A stretch of DNA of 64,000 bases from Candidatus Poribacteria bacterium (GTDB lineage: Bacteria; Poribacteria; WGA-4E; WGA-3G): NCBI GenBank assembly GCA_022821725.1, contig JAJEDB010000129.1, positions 7,914 to 71,913 of the forward strand. The letters are read 5' to 3'. How positions within the stretch are numbered: position 1 is the stretch's first letter; each line of letters opens with the position of its first letter. Shown here in pieces: positions 1 to 9,389 of this stretch. The notes under the pieces were generated by a model. The model was not told the origin of the DNA and did no database searches. It was given only the letters and a program-made list of their open reading frames with translations. Made by a program: the position numbers and the translations under genes.

Positions 1-9
1 GAAACAACA

Positions 10-285
10 GTGAGCGACTTAAAACAGTATATCGAAAAACGTAGCGCCAAAGACCCTGAGTTTGCCGAAAATTACGAGACGGGTTATTTGGAGTTCAAGA
101 TCGGTGTCCTTCTTCGACAAGCCCGAGAGGAAACTGGCTTAACTCAAGAAGATGTTGCACAAAAATTGAATACTAAGAAATCTGCTATTTCAAAAATGGA
201 AAACCATGCGGAAGATGTTAGATTGTCAACCTTAGGAAAGTACGCAAAAGTACTTGGGAAGAAATTGTATTTATCAGTTGGATAA
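10..285 (+). CDS. XRE-family helix-turn-helix DNA-binding protein (antitoxin-like; any partner would lie left of the window)
   Basis: 91-aa ORF with GTG start. '[31 protein letters not shown]' is a classic HTH_3/XRE motif. The size and N-terminal region resemble HigA/antidote-type proteins. Confidence 0.7.
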   Translation: MSDLKQYIEKRSAKDPEFAENYETGYLEFKIGVLLRQAREETGLTQEDVAQKLNTKKSAISKMENHAEDVRLSTLGKYAKVLGKKLYLSVG

Positions 286-301
286 GTAAGGAGACATAGT
301 C

Positions 302-1099
302 ATGGGAAGATTCAGACTTGCCTGCCACCTCATTCAATTTGGGGGTGAGCAGCGCGAAAACCCGGAAAAAGTGCTGCGTGAAGTCGCTGACGCTGGGTGG
401 GACGGTGTCGAAGGCTTAGGAATAGAAACAGCCGATGAACTCGTTGAAATGGCGACGCTCGCACGGAGTCTCGGACTTCATATCGTTAACGCGGGTGGGG
501 CAGGACTTGACAGGGTTAAGTTTAATATCGCTCTGGGCAATGATGCCGCTGAAGTCCCTTCGTTGAGACGCTCAGAATGGGGTGGACCCGACCCAAGCGA
601 TACTGACTTCGAGAACGCCGCCCGGACCTTAGACGATGTCCTCGCGTTCTGTGACGCACACAATATCAAAGGCTTCCATCACGCACATCTCGGTACCCTG
701 CTTGAGACAGTCGAGGATGCGGAACGCCTTTTGACAGCCGCACCGAGTCTCTGGTTATTATTTGACACAGGCCACATGCTCGCCGCCGGAAGTGATCCGA
801 TGCAGGTTTTTGAGAGCGAAAATTTGCGGAATCGGATTGGGCACGTGCATCTCAAGGATTGCCACGCGGATGCTCCAAGCACATGGGATTATAGAACGCA
901 ACGTTTCGGTGAACAAGCACGTTTCGCTGAACTGGGCGCGGGAAATCTGGGACTTGATGTCAAAGCTGCACTAAAAGGACTCGAATCCGTCGGTTATGAC
1001 GGATGGGTCTCTGTCGAACTCGACCGTCCTTATCCGCCGCGTCCACCCGCTGAAGCCGCAGTTGTAAATCGCGAATATCTACGGAGTCTTGGATATTGA
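302..1099 (+). CDS. Sugar phosphate isomerase/epimerase (xylose isomerase-like TIM barrel family)
   Basis: 265 aa with AAGGAG upstream of the ATG. 'IGHVHLKD', 'FAELGAGNL' and 'DGWVSVELD' are typical of the AP_endonuc_2/xylose-isomerase-like TIM barrel fold. Confidence 0.7.
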   Translation: MGRFRLACHLIQFGGEQRENPEKVLREVADAGWDGVEGLGIETADELVEMATLARSLGLHIVNAGGAGLDRVKFNIALGNDAAEVPSLRRSEWGGPDPSDTDFENAARTLDDVLAFCDAHNIKGFHHAHLGTLLETVEDAERLLTAAPSLWLLFDTGHMLAAGSDPMQVFESENLRNRIGHVHLKDCHADAPSTWDYRTQRFGEQARFAELGAGNLGLDVKAALKGLESVGYDGWVSVELDRPYPPRPPAEAAVVNREYLRSLGY

Positions 1100-1115
1100 A
1101 CGGAGGCATATTACT

Positions 1116-2438
1116 ATGCTGAAGCGAATCAGAATTCAAGGGTATAAATCACTCGTGGATATTGAGTTAAATCTCAAACCTCTTTCCGTGCTCGTTGGTC
1201 CTAACGCTTCGGGAAAAAGCAATTTCCTTGATGCCCTGCAACTTCTGTCCCGGATGGCGACCTGCCAAACCTTAGAAAACGCATTTGAGCCACCGTATCG
1301 AGGGCATCCGCTGGAATCATTCACTTTTGGGGACGAAGGTATCAAGAGCCTCATGGAAAAAGAAAGCGTGTCCTTTAGTATAGAGGTAGACGTTCAACTT
1401 TCCGCTGCTGTTATTGACAGTATCAATCGGCGTATTCAGGAAATACGGGAAACAACGGCAAAAAGCACACACAGTGTAGATAAACCCGTTTCCGACCGAC
1501 GGGTCCTTGTGCGTGAGAAGGCGCTGCGGTACCGAATTGAGGTTGAAATGCTTCCAGGATTCGGTATTCTACGCGTGGCAGATGAATATCTCATCGCATT
1601 AACCGATGAAGGGCAACCAAAACAGAACAGAAAGCCTTTCTTAGAGCGAATCGGGAATCGGTTGCATCTGCGCATGGAGGGACAAGCACATCCCCTCTAC
1701 TATGAACGCTACCTTGACTACAGTATCCTTTCGAGATCACACTATCCACCACACTATCCGCATTTGATTGCGATGCAGCGAGAGTTGGCAAACTGGCTTA
1801 CCTTCTACCTTGAGCCTAAGGAACAAATGCGACTCCCAAACCCGATCAAGGCGGTTCACGATATCGGATCGATGGGGGAGGACCTCGCAGCCTTTCTCAA
1901 TACCTTGCGAGCTCGTAATAAGCAACAATTTCAATCTGTCCAGAGATCGCTTCATACGATGATTCCATCTATAACGGGAATTGATGTCAGTGTTAACGAA
2001 TTAGGTGAGGTCGAATTGGATCTTCGTGAAGGTGAAAAGCGCATTTCTGCCCGCGTCCTGTCGGAAGGCACCCTCCGAATTTTAGGACTCTTAGCACTCG
2101 TTAGTGCCGAGGCACCTCCTACGTTGATAGGATTTGAGGAACCGGAGAACGGCGTTCATCCTCGTAGAATTCAGCGTATCGCCCGATTTTTGGAAACTCG
2201 TATGCGTCTTGAAGATGTCCAACTCATTGTGACAACGCATTCATCGCTTCTGCCCGATCTCGTTCCCGCCGAATCGTTATATGTTTGTCGCAAGGTCAAG
2301 GGGAACACAGAAATTGAGCCTTTCAATATGATGCATGTGGGTCCCCTATGGAAAAAATCAGAGATTGAGGTAGCATTAGACGATGAAGATGCCTTATCCC
2401 CTTCCGAGCGTATCTTGAGAGGGGACTTTGATGCGTAA
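1116..2438 (+). CDS. AAA family ATPase (AAA_15/AAA_21, ABC/SMC-like; defence-associated type)
   Basis: Walker A 'GPNASGKSN', signature-like 'LSEGTLRILGLLAL', Walker B/D-loop 'LIGFEEPENGVHP', H-loop 'VTTHS'. ATG at 1116 has GGAGG 9 nt upstream; the track ORF opens at a TTG at 1089. Confidence 0.8.
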   Translation: MLKRIRIQGYKSLVDIELNLKPLSVLVGPNASGKSNFLDALQLLSRMATCQTLENAFEPPYRGHPLESFTFGDEGIKSLMEKESVSFSIEVDVQLSAAVIDSINRRIQEIRETTAKSTHSVDKPVSDRRVLVREKALRYRIEVEMLPGFGILRVADEYLIALTDEGQPKQNRKPFLERIGNRLHLRMEGQAHPLYYERYLDYSILSRSHYPPHYPHLIAMQRELANWLTFYLEPKEQMRLPNPIKAVHDIGSMGEDLAAFLNTLRARNKQQFQSVQRSLHTMIPSITGIDVSVNELGEVELDLREGEKRISARVLSEGTLRILGLLALVSAEAPPTLIGFEEPENGVHPRRIQRIARFLETRMRLEDVQLIVTTHSSLLPDLVPAESLYVCRKVKGNTEIEPFNMMHVGPLWKKSEIEVALDDEDALSPSERILRGDFDA

Positions 2439-2511
2439 CATCAGTCTATTCGTTGAAGATATCACCCACGAGATTTTTTTTAGGAACAGCACGCTATCAT
2501 TTTTAGCCTAA
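2431..2511 (+). pseudogene. Possible 5' remnant of a DUF4276-like partner gene of the AAA ATPase
   Basis: The ATG overlaps the ATPase stop (ATGCGTAA). The 26 codons 'MRNISLFVEDITHEIFFRNSTLSFLA*' resemble the 'I-x-hFVEGxTE..F' N-terminus I recall for DUF4276. The frame contains a T8 run and ends inside the convergent ggt 3' end. Confidence 0.25.
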
Positions 2512-4119
2512 GCCTGCCGCATGTCGTCCAGCAGCTGGGTCCCCAGCAGCGTAGCAGGTTCCGCTATCTGTGTCGATATGGATCATGGAAGGCGCGGCAA
2601 TGGCACCTCCGTGCGCTCTAACTTGATGCCCGCGACCGGCAAGCTCCTCTCGAACGCTCTCACTCACACTATCGTTGATCGTTAACGAACCCGCTTGCCC
2701 GAACGTCTCTACACGGTTGGGATTCGGATCAAACGAATCTTCGTGATGCGCAGTGGCAAAACGCGGTGCTGTGACAGCCGCTTCGGGTTGCATACCAAAC
2801 TCAACGAAATTGAGCAGTAAATTCATCGTCGCCTGATCCTGCAGATCGCCACCGGCAACGCTTATGGCTAAAATCGGGGTCCCCTCTTTGAGAACGAGCG
2901 TCGGTGTCAGCGTAATTCTCGGACGCTTTCCGGGCTGGATACAATTCGGATGTCCAGGCGTTGTATTGAGGCTGCGTAAACGGTTGCCGTAACTGACCCC
3001 CGTCGGTCCGACCATGCCGCCTGCATGATAGACATTGGCACTCGGTGTCGCAGCGACGACATTCCCCCATCGGTCAGCAACCGCACAGGTCGTCGTTCCA
3101 CCCACACCGGGTCGAAAGACCCCACCGGCCTTTAGGGATTCCATATTATCCACATCACCGGGTCTCACCTCGTGTGAGGCTTTCTGCATATCAATGAGCG
3201 GTCGGCGAATTTCGGTATAGGCATCCGAAAGCAATGCGGTCATTGGAACATCAACAAATTCTGGGTCCCCATAATACGCGTCGCGATCCGCCATCGCCAA
3301 TTTAAGTGCCTCCGTAACCACATGTACATAGTCCGTCGCGGCATTACCCATCGCTTTGAGATCGAAGCCTTCCAATAAACGCAACGCCTGACAGAGATAG
3401 GGACCTTGTGTCCAAGGGCCGCACTTGTAGACCCTATACCCTCGGTAATCGACTGCTACAGGGTCCTCAATAAGCGTAACATGCGCAGCGAGGTCTGCCT
3501 TACGGAGAAACCCGCCCTTGTCAATGTAAAAACCTTCTAATGCATCGGCAATGTCGGTATCAGCACCGTTTCGTCCGTAGAAACGATCGCTTGCCGCTTG
3601 GATTTTGTCCTCGCGGCTCCCAGATGTCTTCTGTTCCGATTCAACCATCCGACGCAGGGTGACCGCCAAATCAGGGTGCCAATCTGCCTCACCAGCATCA
3701 AGGAGTGCCAATGTAGGTGCGACGATCTCCTCAAACGTCTTGGTCCCGTAAAGTTTGAGTGTCGTTGTGCAGAGGTCCACAACCGACGGGACGGGAGCCA
3801 TTTTGATGTCGCCGTTCGGAATCCCGTTTTCCATGTACCAATCGATGGCGGTCTGTGAGAACGGTGCACGTCCTTGTCCGGAGAGAGACTTCACTTCCTG
3901 TTTCTTCGAATCGAAGATAAGGAGTGGCACTTCACCTCCAATGGAACAGGCACCGTGGTCCGTAACATTGAGCGCAAGAATCGTTCCTGCTGCTGCGTCT
4001 GCCGCATTGCCACCTACTTCCAGAATTTCGATCCCCGCAGCAACCGCTTTCGCACCCCCCGCGGCAACGACCCCGGTTTTACTAACGGCTTTCCAACCAA
4101 TTTCTTGAGTGTTCTGCAT
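2503..4119 (-). CDS. ggt: Gamma-glutamyltransferase family protein
   Basis: 538 aa. 'GVGGTTTCAVADRWGNVVAATPS' contains the autoprocessing/catalytic Thr context of GGT, with family-wide similarity. No obvious signal peptide. Confidence 0.85.
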   Translation of the reverse strand: MQNTQEIGWKAVSKTGVVAAGGAKAVAAGIEILEVGGNAADAAAGTILALNVTDHGACSIGGEVPLLIFDSKKQEVKSLSGQGRAPFSQTAIDWYMENGIPNGDIKMAPVPSVVDLCTTTLKLYGTKTFEEIVAPTLALLDAGEADWHPDLAVTLRRMVESEQKTSGSREDKIQAASDRFYGRNGADTDIADALEGFYIDKGGFLRKADLAAHVTLIEDPVAVDYRGYRVYKCGPWTQGPYLCQALRLLEGFDLKAMGNAATDYVHVVTEALKLAMADRDAYYGDPEFVDVPMTALLSDAYTEIRRPLIDMQKASHEVRPGDVDNMESLKAGGVFRPGVGGTTTCAVADRWGNVVAATPSANVYHAGGMVGPTGVSYGNRLRSLNTTPGHPNCIQPGKRPRITLTPTLVLKEGTPILAISVAGGDLQDQATMNLLLNFVEFGMQPEAAVTAPRFATAHHEDSFDPNPNRVETFGQAGSLTINDSVSESVREELAGRGHQVRAHGGAIAAPSMIHIDTDSGTCYAAGDPAAGRHAAGLG

Positions 4120-4339
4120 CGGTTTCTCCTTTGCTTAAGTGTCAGAGATAGTTCTGATTTCCTTCTTTGCATGAGAGCATAGCATAAACTGTCATCTTAT
4201 GCAATGTCTAAGCCAAAAATGAGTTGAATAATCGGACGGAGTCGGTTAAAATATTGTTCAAACAGCGAGTCAAGTACGTGATAGTTTTCACACAATCAGC
4301 CCATTTGGAAATGCAAGCAATCAACCCAAAAAAGGCAGT

Positions 4340-4642
4340 ATGAGTCATCCAATATATCGCGTGGTTTTTTTTGAAATACAGGCACCCTACACACTTCGCG
4401 TCTGTTTTGATGACGATACAGAGCAAGTTATAGACTTCCAACCCACATTAGAAGGTGAATTATTCGGTCCACTTCGCGATAGCTCTTTATTCAACCAAGT
4501 GCGGATTGATCCTGAAGTTCATACGTTGGTATGGCCGAATGGGGCTGATTTTGATCCAGCGACCTTACATGATTGGCCTGGGCATTTGCCCGAACTTAAG
4601 AGGATGGCCAAGTGCTGGTCTAAGGCAATCGAAGCATCATGA
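4340..4642 (+). CDS. DUF2442 domain protein
   Basis: 100 aa. '...LRVCFDDDTEQVIDF...FNQVRIDPEVHTLVWPNGADFDPATLHDW' matches the DUF2442 pattern (...v.id.e.g.l.WpnG.D..P..Ly). Its stop overlaps the next start (ATGA). Confidence 0.65.
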   Translation: MSHPIYRVVFFEIQAPYTLRVCFDDDTEQVIDFQPTLEGELFGPLRDSSLFNQVRIDPEVHTLVWPNGADFDPATLHDWPGHLPELKRMAKCWSKAIEAS

Positions 4643-5517
4643 TCGAAATACAATCTCACAACCATGCAAGTGAACTGATTTCACTTTCTGGTGCCTACCT
4701 GGAACAGAATGAGAGTGAAAATAATTTGCCGATCGGTCTGGCTTATAGGCTCGCCGAAGACCCATACTATTACGGATCCGAATTGCCGCTGCTATTGAGT
4801 ATTTTGGAGCAGAGAAGAGTCGTTGGCGTTTCACTCATGACACCCCCCAAGAGAATCATCTTAAGCAGAATTGACGCGAACATCCACCCCGTTATTGTAT
4901 CTCTTGTGCGGCACCTCCGTGAAATTGATATCCAGATACCGGGAGTCGTTGGACCGGAGACAGAAACCCAAGTCTTTTCTGAGTGTTGGGTTGAAGGCAT
5001 AGTTGGTGTATCAGCCAGCATAGACAAACGAATGCGTGTATTTGAGGCGAGAAGCGTCACAAATCTACCACTTTCATCGGGGAAGTTGCGTCTCGCTCGT
5101 CCCGATGACCATCCACTCATGGCGAAATGGATTGTTGGTCTCTCGGAGGCAATCGGTGAACCTACCAGTTTTGAGGATGCTAAAAGTCGCGCCGAGAAAC
5201 TCATCACGGATCAGCAACTATACATTTGGGATAATAACGGTCCAGTGTCTATTGCCGGCGTATCCCGCCCGATGAGAAATGGTGCAACAATCGGTGTGGT
5301 ATACACCCCACCTGAGCATCGCAGCAAAGGGTATGCGACTTCATCTGTTCTATTATTGACAAAGAAACTACTTTCGGATGGCTATTCATTTTGCAGCCTC
5401 TATACCGATTTAGCAAATCCAACTTCTAACAGCATCTACACCAAAATCGGCTATGTGCCAATCGGAGATGCGTTGGCTTTTGATTTTGTGTCTGCAGATG
5501 GACACAATACTGCCTAA
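4639..5517 (+). CDS. GNAT family N-acetyltransferase (long, ~290 aa form)
   Basis: C-terminal 'IGVVYTPPEHRSKGYATSSVLLLTKKLLSDGYSFCSLYTDLANPTSNSIYTKIGY' is a GNAT acetyl-CoA-binding core. Confidence 0.75.
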   Translation: MIEIQSHNHASELISLSGAYLEQNESENNLPIGLAYRLAEDPYYYGSELPLLLSILEQRRVVGVSLMTPPKRIILSRIDANIHPVIVSLVRHLREIDIQIPGVVGPETETQVFSECWVEGIVGVSASIDKRMRVFEARSVTNLPLSSGKLRLARPDDHPLMAKWIVGLSEAIGEPTSFEDAKSRAEKLITDQQLYIWDNNGPVSIAGVSRPMRNGATIGVVYTPPEHRSKGYATSSVLLLTKKLLSDGYSFCSLYTDLANPTSNSIYTKIGYVPIGDALAFDFVSADGHNTA

Positions 5518-5592
5518 CACCCTATGTTCAGTTGTGGTCCAAGATAACCTTCGCCAAACCACAGCGCAGGCACCACTTTAGCAGGAGAAAAT

Positions 5593-6657
5593 ATGGCTGA
5601 ATACAAGATTGCGGTAATTCGAGGAGACGGCATTGGGATTGAAGTGATGGAGGAGGGACTCAAGGTCCTCAACACCATCGCCGACAGGTATAACATCAAA
5701 TGGGACTTTGTGGAGTTTCCTTGGGGCTCAGACTACTATTTCAAGCATGGGCACATGATGCCAGCAGATGCGCTTGACACCTTGGCGACGTTCGACCAGA
5801 TTTATCTCGGCGCAGTCGGACACCCCGACATCCAAGATCACGTTACACTCAATGGGCTTTTGCTGCCAATCCGACGTAGATTCGATCAATACGTCTGTGA
5901 GCGACCGAGTGTCCTCTATCCGGGCATAAACACACCGCTTAAGGACAAAGCGGCTTGGGACATTGATTTGGTGGTGATACGAGAGAACACAGAAGGGGAG
6001 TATGCCAATGTCGGTGGGTTCCAGTACCAAGGGTTCCCGGAAGAGGTCGGCGTGCAGGTTGGCGTATTTACGCGTCATGGCTGCGAGCGGATTATCACCT
6101 ATGCCTTCAAGCAAGCTCGGGCACGAAACAAAAAACGCAAAGTCACTTCGGTCACCAAGTCGAACGCCCAAGGTTACGGCATGATTGTATGGGATACAGC
6201 CTTCGAGCGAGTGGCTGCAAAGTATCCCGACATAGAGACGGAATCGTTACTTGTGGATGCAGCATGTATGGATTTCGTACGGAGACCCGAGGACTTTGAT
6301 GTCGTCGTCGCCAGCAATCTGTTTGGGGACATCCTCACGGACATCGGCGCAATTATCACCGGAAGCATGGGATTGGCTCCGAGCGGCAATATCGACCCGC
6401 AACGCCGATTCCCGTCGATGTTCGAACCGGTTCACGGGAGTGCCCCCGACATCATGGGGATGGGCATCTCGAATCCGCTGGCGGCAATTATATCTGGTTC
6501 GATGATGTTGCGTTTCATCGGTGAGGTGGAAGCGGCAGAAACGATAGATGCAGCTGTCCTACAGGTCGTCGAAGAAGGGAAAACCCTCCCACAGGACCTT
6601 GGAGGGCAAGCCACGACCTCACAGGTCGGCGATGCTGTGGTGAATGCACTCTGCTAA
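5593..6657 (+). CDS. Tartrate dehydrogenase/decarboxylase-like member of the isocitrate/isopropylmalate dehydrogenase family
   Basis: 354 aa. 'YKIAVIRGDGIGIEV', 'WGSDYYFKHGHMMPADALD', 'LGAVGHPDIQDH' and 'NLFGDILTDIGA' resemble TtuC/D-malate dehydrogenase more closely than LeuB. AGGAG RBS. Confidence 0.75.
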   Translation: MAEYKIAVIRGDGIGIEVMEEGLKVLNTIADRYNIKWDFVEFPWGSDYYFKHGHMMPADALDTLATFDQIYLGAVGHPDIQDHVTLNGLLLPIRRRFDQYVCERPSVLYPGINTPLKDKAAWDIDLVVIRENTEGEYANVGGFQYQGFPEEVGVQVGVFTRHGCERIITYAFKQARARNKKRKVTSVTKSNAQGYGMIVWDTAFERVAAKYPDIETESLLVDAACMDFVRRPEDFDVVVASNLFGDILTDIGAIITGSMGLAPSGNIDPQRRFPSMFEPVHGSAPDIMGMGISNPLAAIISGSMMLRFIGEVEAAETIDAAVLQVVEEGKTLPQDLGGQATTSQVGDAVVNALC

Positions 6658-6725
6658 TGTGCTTTGTCGTAGATTTCGCAGTTAACTAACTTGAGGGACA
6701 CAGAGAAAATGAAGGCAGTCATCTG

Positions 6726-7763
6726 GTGAATTCTACTATCTACCCATTCAAATCTGTTGGTTCAATGAAGGAACAAGACTCCTCGCAATTCAATTCTAAA
6801 AACCATGCGTTACCGCTGAAGGGACACGTATACTGTAAAGTTTTATTTGATGAAGTTTTTCTACCCGTTTTAAAAAAACGCTTTCCGGAGGTCCTTCCTC
6901 GCCTCAGTGCTGGAATCATCGGATTAGGATCCGATGTTCTTGGTGCCGATGACGAACTGTCACGCGATCACGACTGGGGACCCAGTAAGTGCCAACTCCT
7001 GCTGCCGGAAGAGGATATTGCAGAATATGGATCTTCTATTGCTCAAGCTCTGGAGGCGGCTATTCCAGATGCGTTTTTAGGAATTGACACGACCCAATTG
7101 CAACCGAAGACAATACGGATAAACACCATCAACGCAGTCTATCGTGATTTTCACGAATCTGCCTATCCACCTGTGAGGATCGAGGAATGGGCTGCCGCTG
7201 ATGATAACAATCTCTGCTATGCGTCGTCCGGTTTTGTTCTCTACGACCCCTCTAATGCCCTTAGCGAACGCATATCCGCTTTCCAAAAGGCGTACTACCC
7301 GGCAGACATCTGGAAGTGGAAGATCGCGAGTGATCTATGGGGACTTTGGCACAATGGCGACTACAACTCGTGCTATCGTTTAGCGAAACGCGGGGATGGT
7401 ATAGGTTTACTCATTGGCCAGGGTGCTTTCGTCGAAGGCACCCTAAGACTCCTGTGTCTGTTCAATAGACGCTTTCCCGTATACTGGAAATGGCTACACT
7501 GGCAGGCACAAAGCCTTCCGAAATGGATGGACCTGATAGAACCCTCTCTCAAGAAACTCGAATCGGCAAACAATCATGAAACGCGCAGCGAGATCATCCA
7601 CACGATATGTCAATCAATTCGGGAAATCCTTTACAAAATGGATTTACTTCCCGATACAGAATGGCGCAATTACATGGGGAGCGAAGAGATTGTCCTGCAA
7701 ATCGAATCGACTCAGGTGAAGGCGTTGATTCGGGAGAAAGAACCCCATTTGTATGTGTGGTAA
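6726..7763 (+). CDS. DUF4037-like (nucleotidyltransferase-associated) protein
   Basis: 345 aa. 'GLGSDVLGADDELSRDHDWGP' and the C-terminal 'RRFPVYWKWLHWQ' recall DUF4037 proteins. Start uncertain (GTG 6726 or ATG 6765). Confidence 0.4.
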   Translation: MNSTIYPFKSVGSMKEQDSSQFNSKNHALPLKGHVYCKVLFDEVFLPVLKKRFPEVLPRLSAGIIGLGSDVLGADDELSRDHDWGPSKCQLLLPEEDIAEYGSSIAQALEAAIPDAFLGIDTTQLQPKTIRINTINAVYRDFHESAYPPVRIEEWAAADDNNLCYASSGFVLYDPSNALSERISAFQKAYYPADIWKWKIASDLWGLWHNGDYNSCYRLAKRGDGIGLLIGQGAFVEGTLRLLCLFNRRFPVYWKWLHWQAQSLPKWMDLIEPSLKKLESANNHETRSEIIHTICQSIREILYKMDLLPDTEWRNYMGSEEIVLQIESTQVKALIREKEPHLYVW

Positions 7764-7784
7764 TTAACCTAACGGAGGAGTGAT

Positions 7785-8456
7785 TTGAAAGCAGTCTTCT
7801 TTGATTTGTTTGAAACACTCATAACAGAGAAAACGAGAAAGGATTTCCAAGCACGGGCTCCGTTTCATGAACGGCTGGGCACGACTGAAGATAAATCTTT
7901 GCTTTGGTGGGAGGAAAATGAGGATGCCGCGATGATCGGAAAATTTCCTGATTGTCTGGCGAGGTTCACCGATATGTGTATAGCAGTCGAGTCGCCACTG
8001 ACGAAAAATGAGATTATCATGGCTGCCCAAGAGCATGAGGTATGGAAATCGAAAGTCTTGGGTCAAGTCGAGCCTCAGATATTTGAAATGTTGCGCGCCG
8101 TCCGGGCGTGTGGGCTGAAAGTTGGAATTATCAGTAATGCCCTGCCCGAAGAAGTCCTCGCTTGGCAATTTTGTCCGCTCCAAGATCACGTGGATCCGGT
8201 CGTGTTTTCCTGCAGTGTTGGGGTAATGAAACCCGATAGGGAGATATTCGAGCTGGCTTGCTCACGCATGTGTGTTCAACCTTCTGAAGCGTATTTTGTT
8301 GGCGATGGCGGTTACGATGAACTGCGGGGTGCGGCATCTGTCGGTATGAGAGCGATTCAGGCGGCGTGGTATCAAGATCGAGATGTGGAATGGTCCTGCA
8401 CATCTCCTTTAGTCCGGGCAAATTCGATAAGGGACCTTCCCAAGCTGCTGTGGTAG
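7785..8456 (+). CDS. HAD superfamily hydrolase
   Basis: TTG start with GGAGG upstream. Motif I-like 'AVFFDLFETLI', 'GIISNA', motif IV 'VGDGGYDELRGA'. Confidence 0.65.
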   Translation: MKAVFFDLFETLITEKTRKDFQARAPFHERLGTTEDKSLLWWEENEDAAMIGKFPDCLARFTDMCIAVESPLTKNEIIMAAQEHEVWKSKVLGQVEPQIFEMLRAVRACGLKVGIISNALPEEVLAWQFCPLQDHVDPVVFSCSVGVMKPDREIFELACSRMCVQPSEAYFVGDGGYDELRGAASVGMRAIQAAWYQDRDVEWSCTSPLVRANSIRDLPKLLW

Positions 8457-8485
8457 ATCAAAATGTGGACAAGGAGGATTCTCAC

Positions 8486-9343
8486 ATGGTTACCAGATTT
8501 AAGTTTCTGCTCATCGTAGTCCTATCTCTTAGCTTCGTTATGCCCGTCTTTTCTTTCCAGCCCTCTGGTCGTGTTTTGTCGCTGGATGGCGTTGATGACT
8601 ATGCCGTTCTCCCGTTTGAGGAACACGGGTATCTGTTTCCGAAAAAAACCCGTGAGTTCACTGTTGAAATGTGGTTTTATCCGAAGTCTGAACCAACAAA
8701 TCACGGTGAGAACAGTATCATTTTTACGCAGCAAGTTTACTTCGGATTGAGCGCAAACCGTGCGGAATGTAAAAGCGATGCGAGTCAACTGTGTTGCTAC
8801 GGTGGCGCGTATCTGGAAGGAGAAGATACCCACGGTGTCTCGTTTTTTTACGCGCCAATAGAGAGAAACCGATGGAACTATGTGGCGATCATTTACAAGG
8901 ACAGCACATTTGGTTTCGCATATAACAATCGGATTAAACGGAAAAGCAAATTCGGCTTGATGGATCGAGTGTCTGTGGAGGATCGCGGACACATTAAAGA
9001 TTTCTTCGTCGGTGGGTATGCTCAGGAGAGGGTCCGAACGATTCGCTTTCACGGCGATATTGATGCCATAAGATTTTCCAGGACCGCCCGGTATGACTTA
9101 CCTGATCTACCGTGGTTCGAGGAGCCATTCGATCCGCCCGACTATTTTTTAAGTGACAGGGACACTTTAGCACTTTGGAATTTTGATGAGCGAGAAGGTG
9201 AAACTCGTTTTCAAGATGAATCGAAAAAGGAAAGAGTGTTAATCGGGATGAATGGTGCTTCCATCAGTAGCGCGCTTGCCGTCAGTCCGGATAGCACCTC
9301 TCTAACGACGACATGGGGCCAAATCAAGTCGAGATCGCGTTGA
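8486..9343 (+). CDS. Exported LamG-fold (concanavalin A-like lectin/glucanase) protein with conserved C-terminal TTTWGQIK tail
   Basis: ATG at 8486 has AAGGAGG upstream and gives the signal peptide 'MVTRFKFLLIVVLSLSFVMPVFSF'. 'LSLDGVDDYAVLPF' is the Laminin_G_3 hallmark. Ends '...LTTTWGQIKSRSR*'. The track ORF from 8366 is an upstream extension. Confidence 0.7.
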   Translation: MVTRFKFLLIVVLSLSFVMPVFSFQPSGRVLSLDGVDDYAVLPFEEHGYLFPKKTREFTVEMWFYPKSEPTNHGENSIIFTQQVYFGLSANRAECKSDASQLCCYGGAYLEGEDTHGVSFFYAPIERNRWNYVAIIYKDSTFGFAYNNRIKRKSKFGLMDRVSVEDRGHIKDFFVGGYAQERVRTIRFHGDIDAIRFSRTARYDLPDLPWFEEPFDPPDYFLSDRDTLALWNFDEREGETRFQDESKKERVLIGMNGASISSALAVSPDSTSLTTTWGQIKSRSR

Positions 9344-9389
9344 ACCTGACGCACGAAATCCTAAAAGGGAAACCAGACATTTCACCCAA

